A stretch of DNA of 64,000 nt. Origin: Nitrosopumilus sp. (lineage in GTDB: Archaea; Thermoproteota; Nitrososphaeria; Nitrososphaerales; Nitrosopumilaceae). Numbering within the stretch: the first letter of the stretch is position 1; each line of letters opens with the position of its first letter. The translations under genes were made by a program, and so were the position numbers. The stretch lies in assembly GCA_965207075.1 (NCBI GenBank), contig CBDBLO010000002.1:352001-416000 (forward strand). Direction: 5' to 3'. The notes under the pieces were generated by a model that saw nothing but the letters and a program-made list of their open reading frames with translations, was not told the origin of the DNA and ran no database searches. Below, piece by piece: positions 49,670 through 59,514 of the stretch.

Positions 49670-50746
49670 ATGAAGGCTGTGGTGTACGAGGAGTACGCAC
49701 CTGACGACAACTATGCCCGTATACTGCAGGTCAAGGATATTGACGATCCAAAGCCAAAGTCCAACGAGGTCGTGTTTGAGGTAAAGGCGGCAGCCCTGAA
49801 CTACAACGACATCTGGGGCATGAGGGGCCAGCCCGTGGCAGTCCCGCTGCCGCACGTGTCGGGCTCTGACGCGGCCGGTGACGTGATCGCTGTGGGCGAC
49901 GACGTCCGGGACATAAAGGTGGGCGACAGGGTCGTATCCCACTCCAACATGGCCTGCAGGGTCTGCACAGCGTGCACCGACGGGCGCGAGTTTGACTGTA
50001 CGAGGCGCACCATATGGGGCTTCCAGACGGGGCCCACGTGGGGCGCATACCAGGAGGTGACGCACCTGCCGGAGGTCAACGTCTCGAAGATACCAGAGTC
50101 CGTGTCGTACGACGAGGCGGCCGCGTCATCCATGACGCTCCTGACGTCGTGGCACATGCTGGTGGGCAGGGCGAAGATAACGCCGGGGCAGACCGTGCTG
50201 ATAATGGGTGGCGGCTCCGGAGTCGGGAGCTTTGGGATTCAGATTGCAAAACTGTACAACTGCGATGTCATCGCGACCGCGAGCCCCGACAAGCTCGACA
50301 AGTGCCGTGAGCTCGGGGCCGACTATGCGGTGGACCACCGCAAGGAGGACTGGCACAAGGAGGTTCGCGCAATTTCCAAGGAGATCGCAAAGAGAAAGGG
50401 CGAGGCGCCGGGCATCGACATTTCATTCGATCACATAGGCCAGACGCACTGGAACAAGCAGCTTACCCTGCTAAAGTACGGGGCGACGCTGGTCTCGTGC
50501 GGCGCCACCACCGGGTATGACGCCCATACCGACCTGCGACACATATTCTTCAAGGGCACCAACATACTGGGCTCCACGCAGGGCACAAAGGCCGAGTTTG
50601 ACCAGGGCCTTTACTGGATGGGCCAGGGCAAGATCAAGTCCCAGATCGACTCCGTATACTCATACGAGCAGGCGGCCGAGGCACACACAAAGATGCTCAC
50701 CGGCAAGGGGCTCTTTGGAAAGATACTCCTAAAGTCGCAGGGCTGA
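49670..50746 (+). CDS. Zinc-binding medium-chain dehydrogenase/reductase (possible acryloyl-CoA reductase of the 3HP/4HB cycle)
   Basis: PHVSGSDAAG, CRVCTAC..C structural Zn site, GGGSGVG; the specific function is inference. Confidence 0.85.
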   Translation: MKAVVYEEYAPDDNYARILQVKDIDDPKPKSNEVVFEVKAAALNYNDIWGMRGQPVAVPLPHVSGSDAAGDVIAVGDDVRDIKVGDRVVSHSNMACRVCTACTDGREFDCTRRTIWGFQTGPTWGAYQEVTHLPEVNVSKIPESVSYDEAAASSMTLLTSWHMLVGRAKITPGQTVLIMGGGSGVGSFGIQIAKLYNCDVIATASPDKLDKCRELGADYAVDHRKEDWHKEVRAISKEIAKRKGEAPGIDISFDHIGQTHWNKQLTLLKYGATLVSCGATTGYDAHTDLRHIFFKGTNILGSTQGTKAEFDQGLYWMGQGKIKSQIDSVYSYEQAAEAHTKMLTGKGLFGKILLKSQG

Positions 50747-50752
50747 TCGCAG

Positions 50753-51640
50753 TTGCCGCCGCGGCTATTCCGCAGTCTCTGCTTTGTTCCTGGAAACAAC
50801 CCAAGGTTTATTGAAAAGGCAAAGAGCCTGAGGGCCGACATCGTCTGCTTTGATCTAGAGGACTCGGTCCCGGACGTCCAGAAAAGGGAGGCCCGGCAGA
50901 TGATACGGCAGGCGCTCCGCGACCGCGGCTCGTACGCGGCCGGCGCAGTGTACGTGCGGACAAACTCGCCCGCCTCCGGGCTCATACCGTCGGACCTGGG
51001 GGAGGTGGTTCGCCGCGGGATAGACGGCGTGGTGATCCCAAAGCTGGACAACAAGGCCCAGCTCAAGAGAATAGTAAAGGTGCTGGAGGACTTGGAGCGC
51101 CGCCGCCACCTGGGGCCGGTCGGCGTGATGCCGTCAATCGAGTCGGCCGAGGGCGTGGTGAAGGCGTACGAGATTGCCTCGTCCGGTGGCAGCAGCAGGC
51201 ATTCCAGGATAGACTGCGTGATATTCGGGGTCTTTGACCTGCTTGCCGACATGGGGATAGAGTATACGGCGCAGTCGGACGCCGCCCGGTACGCGCGTGC
51301 AAGGGTGGCGCTTGACGCGAGGGCGGCAGGCGTGCCCGCGATCGACGGCATATGGCAGAACCTCAAGGACGCCAAGGGGCTTGAGCGCGACTGCATGCTT
51401 GGCAGGTCGCTTGGATTCGCCGGCAAGAGCGTGATCCATCCGGATCAGATCGACACGGTGCACAGGGTGTTCCACCCCACTAGGTCGGAGGTGGACTGGG
51501 CGCGCAAGGTCGCCGACGCGTACGCAAAGTCTGCAGCAAAGGGCAGGGGGGCCACCGCGGTGGAGGGGCAGATGATCGACGAGGTCCACTACAAGCAGGC
51601 CAAGGCGGTCCTCGACCTGGCCGCGGATCCCGCCGGCTGA
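50753..51640 (+). CDS. CitE/HpcH-family CoA-ester lyase
   Basis: RSLCFVPG, DLEDSV, GFAGKSVIHP and GQMIDE motifs. Confidence 0.9.
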   Translation: MPPRLFRSLCFVPGNNPRFIEKAKSLRADIVCFDLEDSVPDVQKREARQMIRQALRDRGSYAAGAVYVRTNSPASGLIPSDLGEVVRRGIDGVVIPKLDNKAQLKRIVKVLEDLERRRHLGPVGVMPSIESAEGVVKAYEIASSGGSSRHSRIDCVIFGVFDLLADMGIEYTAQSDAARYARARVALDARAAGVPAIDGIWQNLKDAKGLERDCMLGRSLGFAGKSVIHPDQIDTVHRVFHPTRSEVDWARKVADAYAKSAAKGRGATAVEGQMIDEVHYKQAKAVLDLAADPAG

Positions 51641-51747
51641 GCATGCGCCTTTTCGCCATCGTCGTTACATGGGCGGCGTCACGGGCGGTTGGACGATATA
51701 CGTCGCCAACAACAACATGTTAATTTGACACGCCCCTTGTATGACAG

Positions 51748-52464
51748 ATGGTAAACCTGCTCGACCCCTCAAACGTGATAAGGTCCATGTTTGACGCGGG
51801 CCGGTACGAGAAGATGCACGACTATTGCAAGCAGATGCTCGCAAGAGACCCGGATGACATGACCGCCCTGCAGAACATCGCGCTCGCGCTCATATGCATG
51901 GGGCGCCACGGGGAGGCCCTGCCGTACTGTGACAGGGTGCTAAAGCTGAGGCCGTACGACGAGTACGCGCTCAGGAACAGGCTGTCCGCGCTCGAGGCCC
52001 TTGACATGCACGATGAGGCGATCGACACGTGCAAGCAGATGCTGCAGTCAAACCCCGGCGACGTGACGGCGCTTACGGGAGTCGCGCTAGCACTCACCCG
52101 GACGGGCCGGCACGCAGAGTCCCTCCCGTACTATGACAGGGCCCTTGAGGCGTCGCCGGACGACGTGACGGCCCTGCTCAACAAGGCGCTCTCTATGACG
52201 TACCTTGGCAGGTACGTGGACGCCCTGCGGCTGTATGACGCGGCAGGGGGAAGGGTGGACAAGCAGGTTGCAAGGGACGTCTCTGCCGCCCGCTCCCGGA
52301 TCTTTTCCAAGCTGGGAAGGGACGACGAGGCGTTTCTGGCGGCCCAGGGCGTGCGGGACGGGGACATGGCGCGTATAATATCTGACGCAAAGGACAGCAA
52401 CTGCTCCGTGTTCCACCAGTTCTGCGACAAAGAGTACTCTGAGATGACGTCAGGCGACACCTGA
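51748..52464 (+). CDS. Tetratricopeptide repeat protein
   Basis: Repeated PDDxxAL..G.AL..LG..EAL..YD. Confidence 0.88.
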   Translation: MVNLLDPSNVIRSMFDAGRYEKMHDYCKQMLARDPDDMTALQNIALALICMGRHGEALPYCDRVLKLRPYDEYALRNRLSALEALDMHDEAIDTCKQMLQSNPGDVTALTGVALALTRTGRHAESLPYYDRALEASPDDVTALLNKALSMTYLGRYVDALRLYDAAGGRVDKQVARDVSAARSRIFSKLGRDDEAFLAAQGVRDGDMARIISDAKDSNCSVFHQFCDKEYSEMTSGDT

Positions 52465-52547
52465 CGGCGTGACGACGTCACAAGACGCTTCGCGTGCGCC
52501 GGCGTCACTTTGATTATATTTGCCCCCGCCGCATACACGTCACCAAA

Positions 52548-53132
52548 ATGTTCACTGGAATCATAGAGAATACCGGTCTGGTCAAGAGCATCACCACGAG
52601 CACGTCCGGCCGGAGCGCGGCCAAGCTCGTGGTGGACCTGCAGAAGAAACCCAGGGGACTGAAAGAGGGGCAGAGCGTAGCGCTCAACGGCGTGTGCCTC
52701 ACGGCCGTGGCCATAGACGGCTCCGAGTGCACCTTTGAGCTTGTAGAGGAGACGATCAAGAAGACCAGCCTCGGGGGCCTGAAGGCGGGCAGCATCATAA
52801 ACGTGGAGCGCAGCCTCAAGGTGGGCGACAGGCTCGAGGGGCACTTCGTACTCGGGCACGTCGACGGCAGGGCCACCATCACCAAGATGCAGGAGAAGCC
52901 CGGCGAGGTGCGCATGTGGTTCCGCATACCAAAGCGCCTTGCCAAGTACGTGGTGAAGAAGGGCTCCGTCGCGCTTGACGGCATAAGCCTGACCATAGTG
53001 TCAGTCAGGGACCGCACCGCCTCGGTCTCGCTCATACCGCATACGGTGCAGGTGACAAACCTGTCTGCCAAGAAGGCGGGTGACAAGCTAAATATCGAGA
53101 CTGACGTGCTGGGCAAGTACATACTGGACTGA
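52548..53132 (+). CDS. ribE: Riboflavin synthase (bacterial/alpha type)
   Basis: MFTGII N-terminus, GVCLT, GHFVLGHVD, KGSVALDGISLT, NIETD. Confidence 0.95.
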   Translation: MFTGIIENTGLVKSITTSTSGRSAAKLVVDLQKKPRGLKEGQSVALNGVCLTAVAIDGSECTFELVEETIKKTSLGGLKAGSIINVERSLKVGDRLEGHFVLGHVDGRATITKMQEKPGEVRMWFRIPKRLAKYVVKKGSVALDGISLTIVSVRDRTASVSLIPHTVQVTNLSAKKAGDKLNIETDVLGKYILD

Positions 53133-53206
53133 CCGGTCATAACCCACATGTGGGTAATTACCAATATGTTGGTAAGCTTTATAGTCGGATCATGCGGATT
53201 CCCCGC

Positions 53207-53881
53207 ATGGCATCCCTTGATGACGCGCTCGCATCCCTGAGGCGCGGCGAGTTCGTACTGCTGCACGACTCGGAGGGCAGGGAGGACGAGGTCGACATGG
53301 TGGCGTACGCCGGGACGGCAAGCCCGGAGCACGTGGCAAGGATGCGGCAGCGCGCCGGCGGACTGCTGTGCGTTGCAGTGGACTACGAGTTTGCCCGCTC
53401 AGTCGGGATACGGTACATGCACGACATATTGGCCGATTCGGGGGCCGCCGCATGCGACAAGTCCATGATAATGGGACTCGCCCCGTACGGGGACCGCTCC
53501 ACGTTCTCGATATCGGTAAACTCCAGGCGCACGTACACCGGCATAACCGACAGGGACCGCTCCGCCACCATATCGGACCTTGCGCGCGTGTATGATGCCG
53601 ACGACATGGCTGGGGCGTTTGCAAAGTCGTTCCGGACGCCGGGGCACGTCCCGCTGCTTATCGCGTCAAAGAACCTGCTGGAGGAGCGCCAGGGGCACAC
53701 CGAGATGTCTATCTATCTGGCAAAGGCCGCCGGACTCCGGCCCGTCATGGCAATGTGCGAGATGATGGACGCGCAGACGTACGCGGCGCTGTCAGTTGAC
53801 AAGGCATCCAGGTTCGCCGCGCAGCACGGCATGCCGCTTGTCGACGGCAGGGAATTGGCCGAATATGCTAGGGTGCACTGA
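53207..53881 (+). CDS. ribB: 3,4-dihydroxy-2-butanone-4-phosphate synthase
   Basis: DSEGREDEVDM, TGITDRDR, PGHV, RQGHTE and CEMM motifs. Confidence 0.94.
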   Translation: MASLDDALASLRRGEFVLLHDSEGREDEVDMVAYAGTASPEHVARMRQRAGGLLCVAVDYEFARSVGIRYMHDILADSGAAACDKSMIMGLAPYGDRSTFSISVNSRRTYTGITDRDRSATISDLARVYDADDMAGAFAKSFRTPGHVPLLIASKNLLEERQGHTEMSIYLAKAAGLRPVMAMCEMMDAQTYAALSVDKASRFAAQHGMPLVDGRELAEYARVH

Positions 53882-53883
53882 AA

Positions 53884-54300
53884 TTGAGGATATCAATCGT
53901 AGTGGCCGAGTTCAACTATGACGTGACGTCGCGGATGTACGAGGTGGCAAAGGAGAGGGCCGCTGCCCTGAACCTTGAGATAGTGCACACCGCCTGGGTG
54001 CCGGGCGTGTTTGACATGCCCGTGGTGGCCGACGCGCTGCTGCGCCGGGACGACGTGGACGGGGTGGCGGCGATTGGGGCCGTAATAAAGGGGCAGACCA
54101 AGCATGATGAGGTCATAGCCCACTCCACTACGCGCGCCCTTGCAGACCTCTCCGTGAAGCACGGCAAGCCCGTGTCGCTCGGCGTGACGGGGCCCGGCAT
54201 GCAGGAGAGGCACGCGTTTGCGCGGATCAGGCCCGTCGCGGAACGCGCCGTGGAGGCGCTGCTGAAGATAGACGGGGAGCTTGCAAAGATACGCATGTGA
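53884..54300 (+). CDS. ribH: 6,7-dimethyl-8-ribityllumazine synthase
   Basis: IVVAEFN, VPGVFDMP, GAVIKGQTKHD. Confidence 0.95.
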   Translation: MRISIVVAEFNYDVTSRMYEVAKERAAALNLEIVHTAWVPGVFDMPVVADALLRRDDVDGVAAIGAVIKGQTKHDEVIAHSTTRALADLSVKHGKPVSLGVTGPGMQERHAFARIRPVAERAVEALLKIDGELAKIRM

Positions 54301-54385
54301 CTGGTGCGACTATGATGACAGTTATGATGACGGTTACGATGACGGTTACGATGACGGCGGCAGCAACTACGAGGGGTGCGACAAG

Positions 54386-55231
54386 ATGGTACAGCTGAGC
54401 GTCCTGAAGATCGAGGAGTACGGGCCGTGGACGCTCACGCTTGGGAGCGACAGGGAGCACGAGCTGCAGATGCTCCAGTCGAGGCTTTACGACAGGGTCC
54501 AGGGTCTGTTTTCCGAGCGCGACTGCCTTGTGTTTGCAAACCGTGCCGACGAGCTGTTCGCCCTCAGTTCCGGGCTTGGCGTGGACGGGCACGTAGCAAT
54601 ACAGGATGCGCTGGCAGCAGAGTTTGCCGACATCCGCGTGCGAATGTCGATTGGGAGCGGCCGGACGCCGGCCGCCGCCGACGCGGCCGCCGACGGCGCA
54701 ACGCGCGCGGCCGATACGCGCAACGCGGGCGACAACGGCGGCGGCAACCACGAACGCGCCGGCATGATATTCGGTGGGGATGCCGCGGCACAATCAGATT
54801 CAGGCGACAACGTAAGCATAATGCACATGGACATAGACGGACTGAGCGGCCGCCGCCGACGCGGCGCAAGCCCGTACGAGATCTCTCTTCTGATGTTCGG
54901 GCTGTACCACAAGATGTCCGAATACTTTTACCGCGAATACGAGTCGCTTGCGTTCTTCATGGGCGGGGACAACTTTATGATTGTATGCTCAGACGAGGCC
55001 AGGGAGTCTGGCGGCCGAGGGTTCGTGGACGCGGTGGAGCGGCAGGACGGCATACGCCTGAACTGCGGGATAGGCAGCGGCAGGAACGGACGGGAGGCTG
55101 CCATGCGCGCGACCGAGTCGCTTGACATGATAAGAAGGATGCGCGATGAGAGTGGCAGCAGCAGCAACAGCGCAGGATCGGAGGGAGAGTGGCCGCGCGT
55201 GTACGAGCATGCGACCGGGCGGCGCCTCTGA
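54386..55231 (+). CDS. gch3: GTP cyclohydrolase IIa/III (ArfA)
   Basis: YGPWTLTLGSDREHELQMLQS, HMDID and FMGGDNF motifs. Confidence 0.92.
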   Translation: MVQLSVLKIEEYGPWTLTLGSDREHELQMLQSRLYDRVQGLFSERDCLVFANRADELFALSSGLGVDGHVAIQDALAAEFADIRVRMSIGSGRTPAAADAAADGATRAADTRNAGDNGGGNHERAGMIFGGDAAAQSDSGDNVSIMHMDIDGLSGRRRRGASPYEISLLMFGLYHKMSEYFYREYESLAFFMGGDNFMIVCSDEARESGGRGFVDAVERQDGIRLNCGIGSGRNGREAAMRATESLDMIRRMRDESGSSSNSAGSEGEWPRVYEHATGRRL

Positions 55232-55290
55232 CCCGTGGGTATCTGATTATGATGACGGTGACGACGACGGTGACGACGACGGTGATGTGA

Positions 55291-56541
55291 ATGGCGCGCA
55301 TCCGTCTGTTCAAGAACGCGTCGGTCTTGGCGGGCCCCGAGCTCAGGTACGTGCGGGACGCCGACATTGCAGTCTCAAATGACACGTTTGAATACGTGGG
55401 GCCTTCCGGCAGCAGGCCGCGGCCGGCCCCGGGCCGCGATGCCGGCGACGCAGATGCGGCTCCCTCGACCCATGACTGCACCGGGCTTCTTGTAATCCCG
55501 GGACTGGTGAACTGCCACACCCACGTCGGCGACTCCGTGGGAAAGGATGCCCGGCTCGAGGGGACGGTGGACTACAAGATACACCCCGTGTTCGGGCTAA
55601 AATCCAAGATACTCTCGGAGACCCCCCCTGGCGTACTAGTGGATTTCATGGCAAACTCGTGCTCCTCGATGGTTCGGAGCGGGACAACAACCTTTGTGGA
55701 CTTTAGGGAGGGCGGCGTTGAGGGAGTCGCGTTACTCAGAAGGGCCCTCTCAAGGGTTCCCATACGCTGCGTCATAATGGGCCGCACTAACCATTACAGC
55801 GACGAGGACGGCATACGCCGCAACGCACCGCTCTCGGTATCAGGCGAGGACGAGCTGGACGATGTCATGCGGCGCTGCGACGGGCTGGGCGTCAGCGGGG
55901 CAAACGAGAACAGCGATGCCATGCTTGAACGCTACTCCAGGTGCGACGCGCTGCGCGCCATACACGCGTCAGAAACCGCGGAGAGCGTATCCCGCTCAGA
56001 GCAGATGACCGGCGTCTCTGAGACCGTCAGGGCCCTGGGGCTCCGGCCCCATTTTCTGGTGCACATGACCCATGCGTCAAAGGGCGATCTAGCGGCAGTC
56101 GCAGGCTCCCCCGGCGTGAGGGGCATTGTGGTGTGCCCGAGGGCCAACGCCGCCCTGGCAGAGGGGATGCCGGACATCACGTCCATGAGGCGCCTGTCGA
56201 ACCGCAGGCTGGCGCTCGGCACCGACAACGTCATGGTCAATATGCCTGACATGTTCAGGGAGATGGACTACACGTGGAAGGCGGCCATGGGTATGGATAG
56301 GGCGCGGGTGGATCCTGCCGAGATACTGCGGATGGCGACCGTGAACGCCGGCATGATACTGGGCAGAAAGATAGGGCAGGTCGCGCCCGGCATGCTCGCC
56401 GACTGCGTCTTTCTGGACAAGCACGCAATCGATCTGGAGCCGGTGCACAATCCCTATGCGGCGGTGGTCCACAGGGCGTCGGCATCGTCAATAAGGGCCG
56501 TGATGATAGGGGGTAGGATGGTGCATGGCTCGCTTGACTAG
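55291..56541 (+). CDS. Metal-dependent amidohydrolase (deaminase-like) in the riboflavin operon
   Basis: PGLVNCHTH, IHASE, LVHMTH, CPRAN and LGTDN motifs. Confidence 0.9.
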   Translation: MARIRLFKNASVLAGPELRYVRDADIAVSNDTFEYVGPSGSRPRPAPGRDAGDADAAPSTHDCTGLLVIPGLVNCHTHVGDSVGKDARLEGTVDYKIHPVFGLKSKILSETPPGVLVDFMANSCSSMVRSGTTTFVDFREGGVEGVALLRRALSRVPIRCVIMGRTNHYSDEDGIRRNAPLSVSGEDELDDVMRRCDGLGVSGANENSDAMLERYSRCDALRAIHASETAESVSRSEQMTGVSETVRALGLRPHFLVHMTHASKGDLAAVAGSPGVRGIVVCPRANAALAEGMPDITSMRRLSNRRLALGTDNVMVNMPDMFREMDYTWKAAMGMDRARVDPAEILRMATVNAGMILGRKIGQVAPGMLADCVFLDKHAIDLEPVHNPYAAVVHRASASSIRAVMIGGRMVHGSLD

Positions 56542-56587
56542 GCGCGACAAAAACAACAATAACAACAACAACAGCAACCGCCCGGCC

Positions 56588-57370
56588 ATGCCACGCGTCA
56601 TCATCAGCGCGGCCGTATCGGTGGACGGCAAGATCTCGCTTGCAGGGGGCCGCCGCGGCCCGCGTTCTCGCGCCCGCGCGCCTGCCAGGCTCTCCTCCGA
56701 ATCTGACGTGTCAAGGGTGCATAGGCTCAGGGCCAAATGCGACGCAATACTGGTGGGGGTCAACACGGTCCTCTCCGACGATCCGCTGCTTACCGTGCGG
56801 CATGCTCGCGCGGGGCGCAAGAGGGGCGGAAGCGGCGCCGCCACCGGCAGTCAGCCCGTCCGGGTCGTACTGGACTCGATGGCGAGAACCCCGCCCGCCT
56901 CGAAGGTGGCAGCGACAAGCCCCGGGACCAGAACGATAATCGCGGTGTCCGGGACGGCGCCCGAGCGGCGCATCCTGGCGCTGCGGCGGACGGGCGCGGA
57001 GGTTGTGACGGTGGGGCGAAAGGCAGTCGACGTGCGGCGGCTCTTGAGCCGTCTGGCAAAAGACGGGATCAGATCCGTTCTGGTGGAGGGCGGCGGCACC
57101 ACCAACTGGGAGTTTCTCCGCAGGAACCTAGTCGACGAGATTGTAGTGGCCGTATCACCCTACGTGCTGGGGGGCGGGCTGCGCGGCGCCGTCTCGTTCG
57201 TGGAGGGATCCGGGTTCCCAAGCGTGTCAGGCTCGCCCAAGCTTTCGCTGAGGTCTGCAAGGCGCCTTGGCGATCACGTCATATTGTCCTATGACGTTGG
57301 AGCGGGGGATGGTGGCAATGGCAACGGCGACGGCATTAGGAGGCCGCGTCGCGCAGGCTCTCGTACCTGA
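56588..57370 (+). CDS. Pyrimidine reductase (RibD C-terminal / Rib7 / ArfC type), no deaminase domain
   Basis: SVDGKI, VHRLRAKCDAILVGVNTVLSDDPLLTVR, VLVEGGG. Confidence 0.92.
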   Translation: MPRVIISAAVSVDGKISLAGGRRGPRSRARAPARLSSESDVSRVHRLRAKCDAILVGVNTVLSDDPLLTVRHARAGRKRGGSGAATGSQPVRVVLDSMARTPPASKVAATSPGTRTIIAVSGTAPERRILALRRTGAEVVTVGRKAVDVRRLLSRLAKDGIRSVLVEGGGTTNWEFLRRNLVDEIVVAVSPYVLGGGLRGAVSFVEGSGFPSVSGSPKLSLRSARRLGDHVILSYDVGAGDGGNGNGDGIRRPRRAGSRT

Positions 57371-57439
57371 CTGCCGTCCGGTTGCGGCACCGTGTGGCCG
57401 TGAAGAGATATAACCCCTGCACACTGCGTCCGTCCGTAC

Positions 57440-58000
57440 ATGCCGACTGCGTCGCTGCGCCGAGACCACGACCTCATCGAAAAGGTGACAAAGGCCATGG
57501 GCACCACCATAGAGGTGCTGCAGGGTGGCAAGCAGGTTCCCGAGTCCGTCCTGATGCAGGTGGTCGACTTTACGAAGAACTTTACTGACGTGTGCCACCA
57601 CACAAAGGAGGAAAAGTCGTTGTTTCCCGCCCTTGCAGACGCCGGCATGCCGACCAACATGGGGCCCATTGCCGTAATGCTGGCAGACCACCAGCGCTCG
57701 CGGGAGATCGGGCAGAGCATGGAGGCGTCTGCCCGCGCGTATCTGGAGTCCGGCGACCCGTCCGGGCTGGTACGTGACATGAAGGAGTACGTGGAGCACA
57801 TCACGGAGCACCTGTGGAAGGAGAACAACAGGCTGTTTGTCATGGCCGACGCACGCCTGCAGTACGTCTCTGAAAAGGTAGACGGCGAGCTTGGCCGCAT
57901 AGAGGGCGAGCAGCTGGACGCGTTAGGCAAGGACAGGCTCCACTATGAGAGGCTGGCCGACGATCTAGAGCTGGACGCCTCCGGACGCAGCCATCAGTGA
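57440..58000 (+). CDS. Hemerythrin/HHE cation-binding protein
   Basis: DH, CHHTKEEKSLFP, MLADH and EHLWKENNRLF motifs. Confidence 0.9.
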   Translation: MPTASLRRDHDLIEKVTKAMGTTIEVLQGGKQVPESVLMQVVDFTKNFTDVCHHTKEEKSLFPALADAGMPTNMGPIAVMLADHQRSREIGQSMEASARAYLESGDPSGLVRDMKEYVEHITEHLWKENNRLFVMADARLQYVSEKVDGELGRIEGEQLDALGKDRLHYERLADDLELDASGRSHQ

Positions 58001-58090
58001 CTGTCGCCGCGCGCCGGCAGACGCGCCAAAGGCGGCCGCGCAAATACTTTACGGATCTGGATCGAAGATGCCGGGGCCCTGCTTACCGGG

Positions 58091-59512
58091 TCACTCTACG
58101 TAATGCTGCTGCGTCAGGTTGTCGTAAAACCTGACTGACTTTACGTTTACAAACTCGAGCATCCCGTACCTGGAGAGCTCCCGCCCAAAACCGCTGTGCT
58201 TTATGCCGCCAAACGGCACGCGCGGGTCGGACACCACCACGTTGTTGACGCTCACTATTCCCGACTCGATCCTGTGGGAGATCTTTTCTGCCTTTGAGAG
58301 GTCCCTGGTCCATATGCTGGCGCCAAGCCCGTACTCGGAGTCGTTTGCCAGCCTGACCGCCTCGCCCTCGTTCTCCACTATGGTGATGGGCGCAACTGGG
58401 CCGAACGTCTCCTCCCTTGCGATCATCATGTCCTGGGTGACGCCGGATATCACGGTCGGCTTGTAAAAGTACCCGCCGCCCGATTCATCGTCAGCAGCGT
58501 CGCCGCATGTTTCGCCCCCGAGCAGTATGTTTGCCCCCTTTGCCTTGGCGTCCTCCACCATCTCCGATATCGACTCCAGCCCTGCCTTGCTTGAGACGGG
58601 GCCCAGGTCGGTGTCCATGTTCATGGGATCGCCCACCACGAGCTTCGATGCCATGCTCAGGAACTTTTCTATAAACTCCTCTGCCACCCCCTTCTGGACG
58701 AAGAACCTCTTTGAGGCCACGCAGCTCTGGCCGCAGTTGATGAACCTGCCCTTTACGGCCCCCTGCGCCGCGTCGTCGATCATCGCGTCGTCAAGCACTA
58801 CAAACGGGTCGCTTCCGCCCAGCTCGAGTACGCACTTTTTGAGTCCGGCGGCCGCCCTCTGCCCCACCTTGGCGCCCGCGACCGCGCTCCCGGTGAACGT
58901 GACGGCGTTGACGCCCTCCGAATCTATCAGGTGGTTTGCCGTCTCCGTGCTTCCTATCACGCACTGGAACACGCCGTCGGGCACGCCCGACTCCCTGAAC
59001 GCGGTCTCTATCTCTATGCCGGACTGCGGCGTGATGCTTGCCGGCTTCATTACGATGACGTTTCCGGCCATCAGGCAGGGGGCGGCGAACCTGAGCGCCT
59101 GCCAGTACGGAAAGTTCCACGGCATTATGGAGCCGATGGTCCCGAGCGGCTCGAACGTGACAAAGCTCTTTCTGGCGTCCGTGGTGAGCACCTCGTTGGA
59201 AAGGAAGCTGTCTCCGTGGTCCGCGTAAAACTCGAGGACCCACGCGCACTTTTCAATCTCCCCTATGGACTCCTTTATGACCTTGCCCATCTCGGCCGTG
59301 GCCACCCTTGCCAGCTTCTCCTTGTGGCTCCTCAGGTACTCGACCAGATTGTATATGTACCCGCGCCTCCTCTCGTAGTCCCTCTTCCATTCGGGAAAGA
59401 CACGCTGCGCCCTGTCCACTATCTCCGCGACCTGCGGCCCCGTCATCGCGGCATAGGTGTCTATGGCCCTGCCGGTGGCGGGGTTGGTGGTGCTGAATTC
59501 GGCGCCCTGCAT
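58091..59512 (-). CDS. NAD(P)-dependent aldehyde dehydrogenase (succinate-semialdehyde dehydrogenase-like)
   Basis: PWNFP, FTGS, LELGGSDP, GQSC, EETFGP and PFGGIKHSGFGRE motifs. Confidence 0.93.
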   Translation of the reverse strand: MQGAEFSTTNPATGRAIDTYAAMTGPQVAEIVDRAQRVFPEWKRDYERRRGYIYNLVEYLRSHKEKLARVATAEMGKVIKESIGEIEKCAWVLEFYADHGDSFLSNEVLTTDARKSFVTFEPLGTIGSIMPWNFPYWQALRFAAPCLMAGNVIVMKPASITPQSGIEIETAFRESGVPDGVFQCVIGSTETANHLIDSEGVNAVTFTGSAVAGAKVGQRAAAGLKKCVLELGGSDPFVVLDDAMIDDAAQGAVKGRFINCGQSCVASKRFFVQKGVAEEFIEKFLSMASKLVVGDPMNMDTDLGPVSSKAGLESISEMVEDAKAKGANILLGGETCGDAADDESGGGYFYKPTVISGVTQDMMIAREETFGPVAPITIVENEGEAVRLANDSEYGLGASIWTRDLSKAEKISHRIESGIVSVNNVVVSDPRVPFGGIKHSGFGRELSRYGMLEFVNVKSVRFYDNLTQQHYVE

Positions 59513-59514
59513 CT

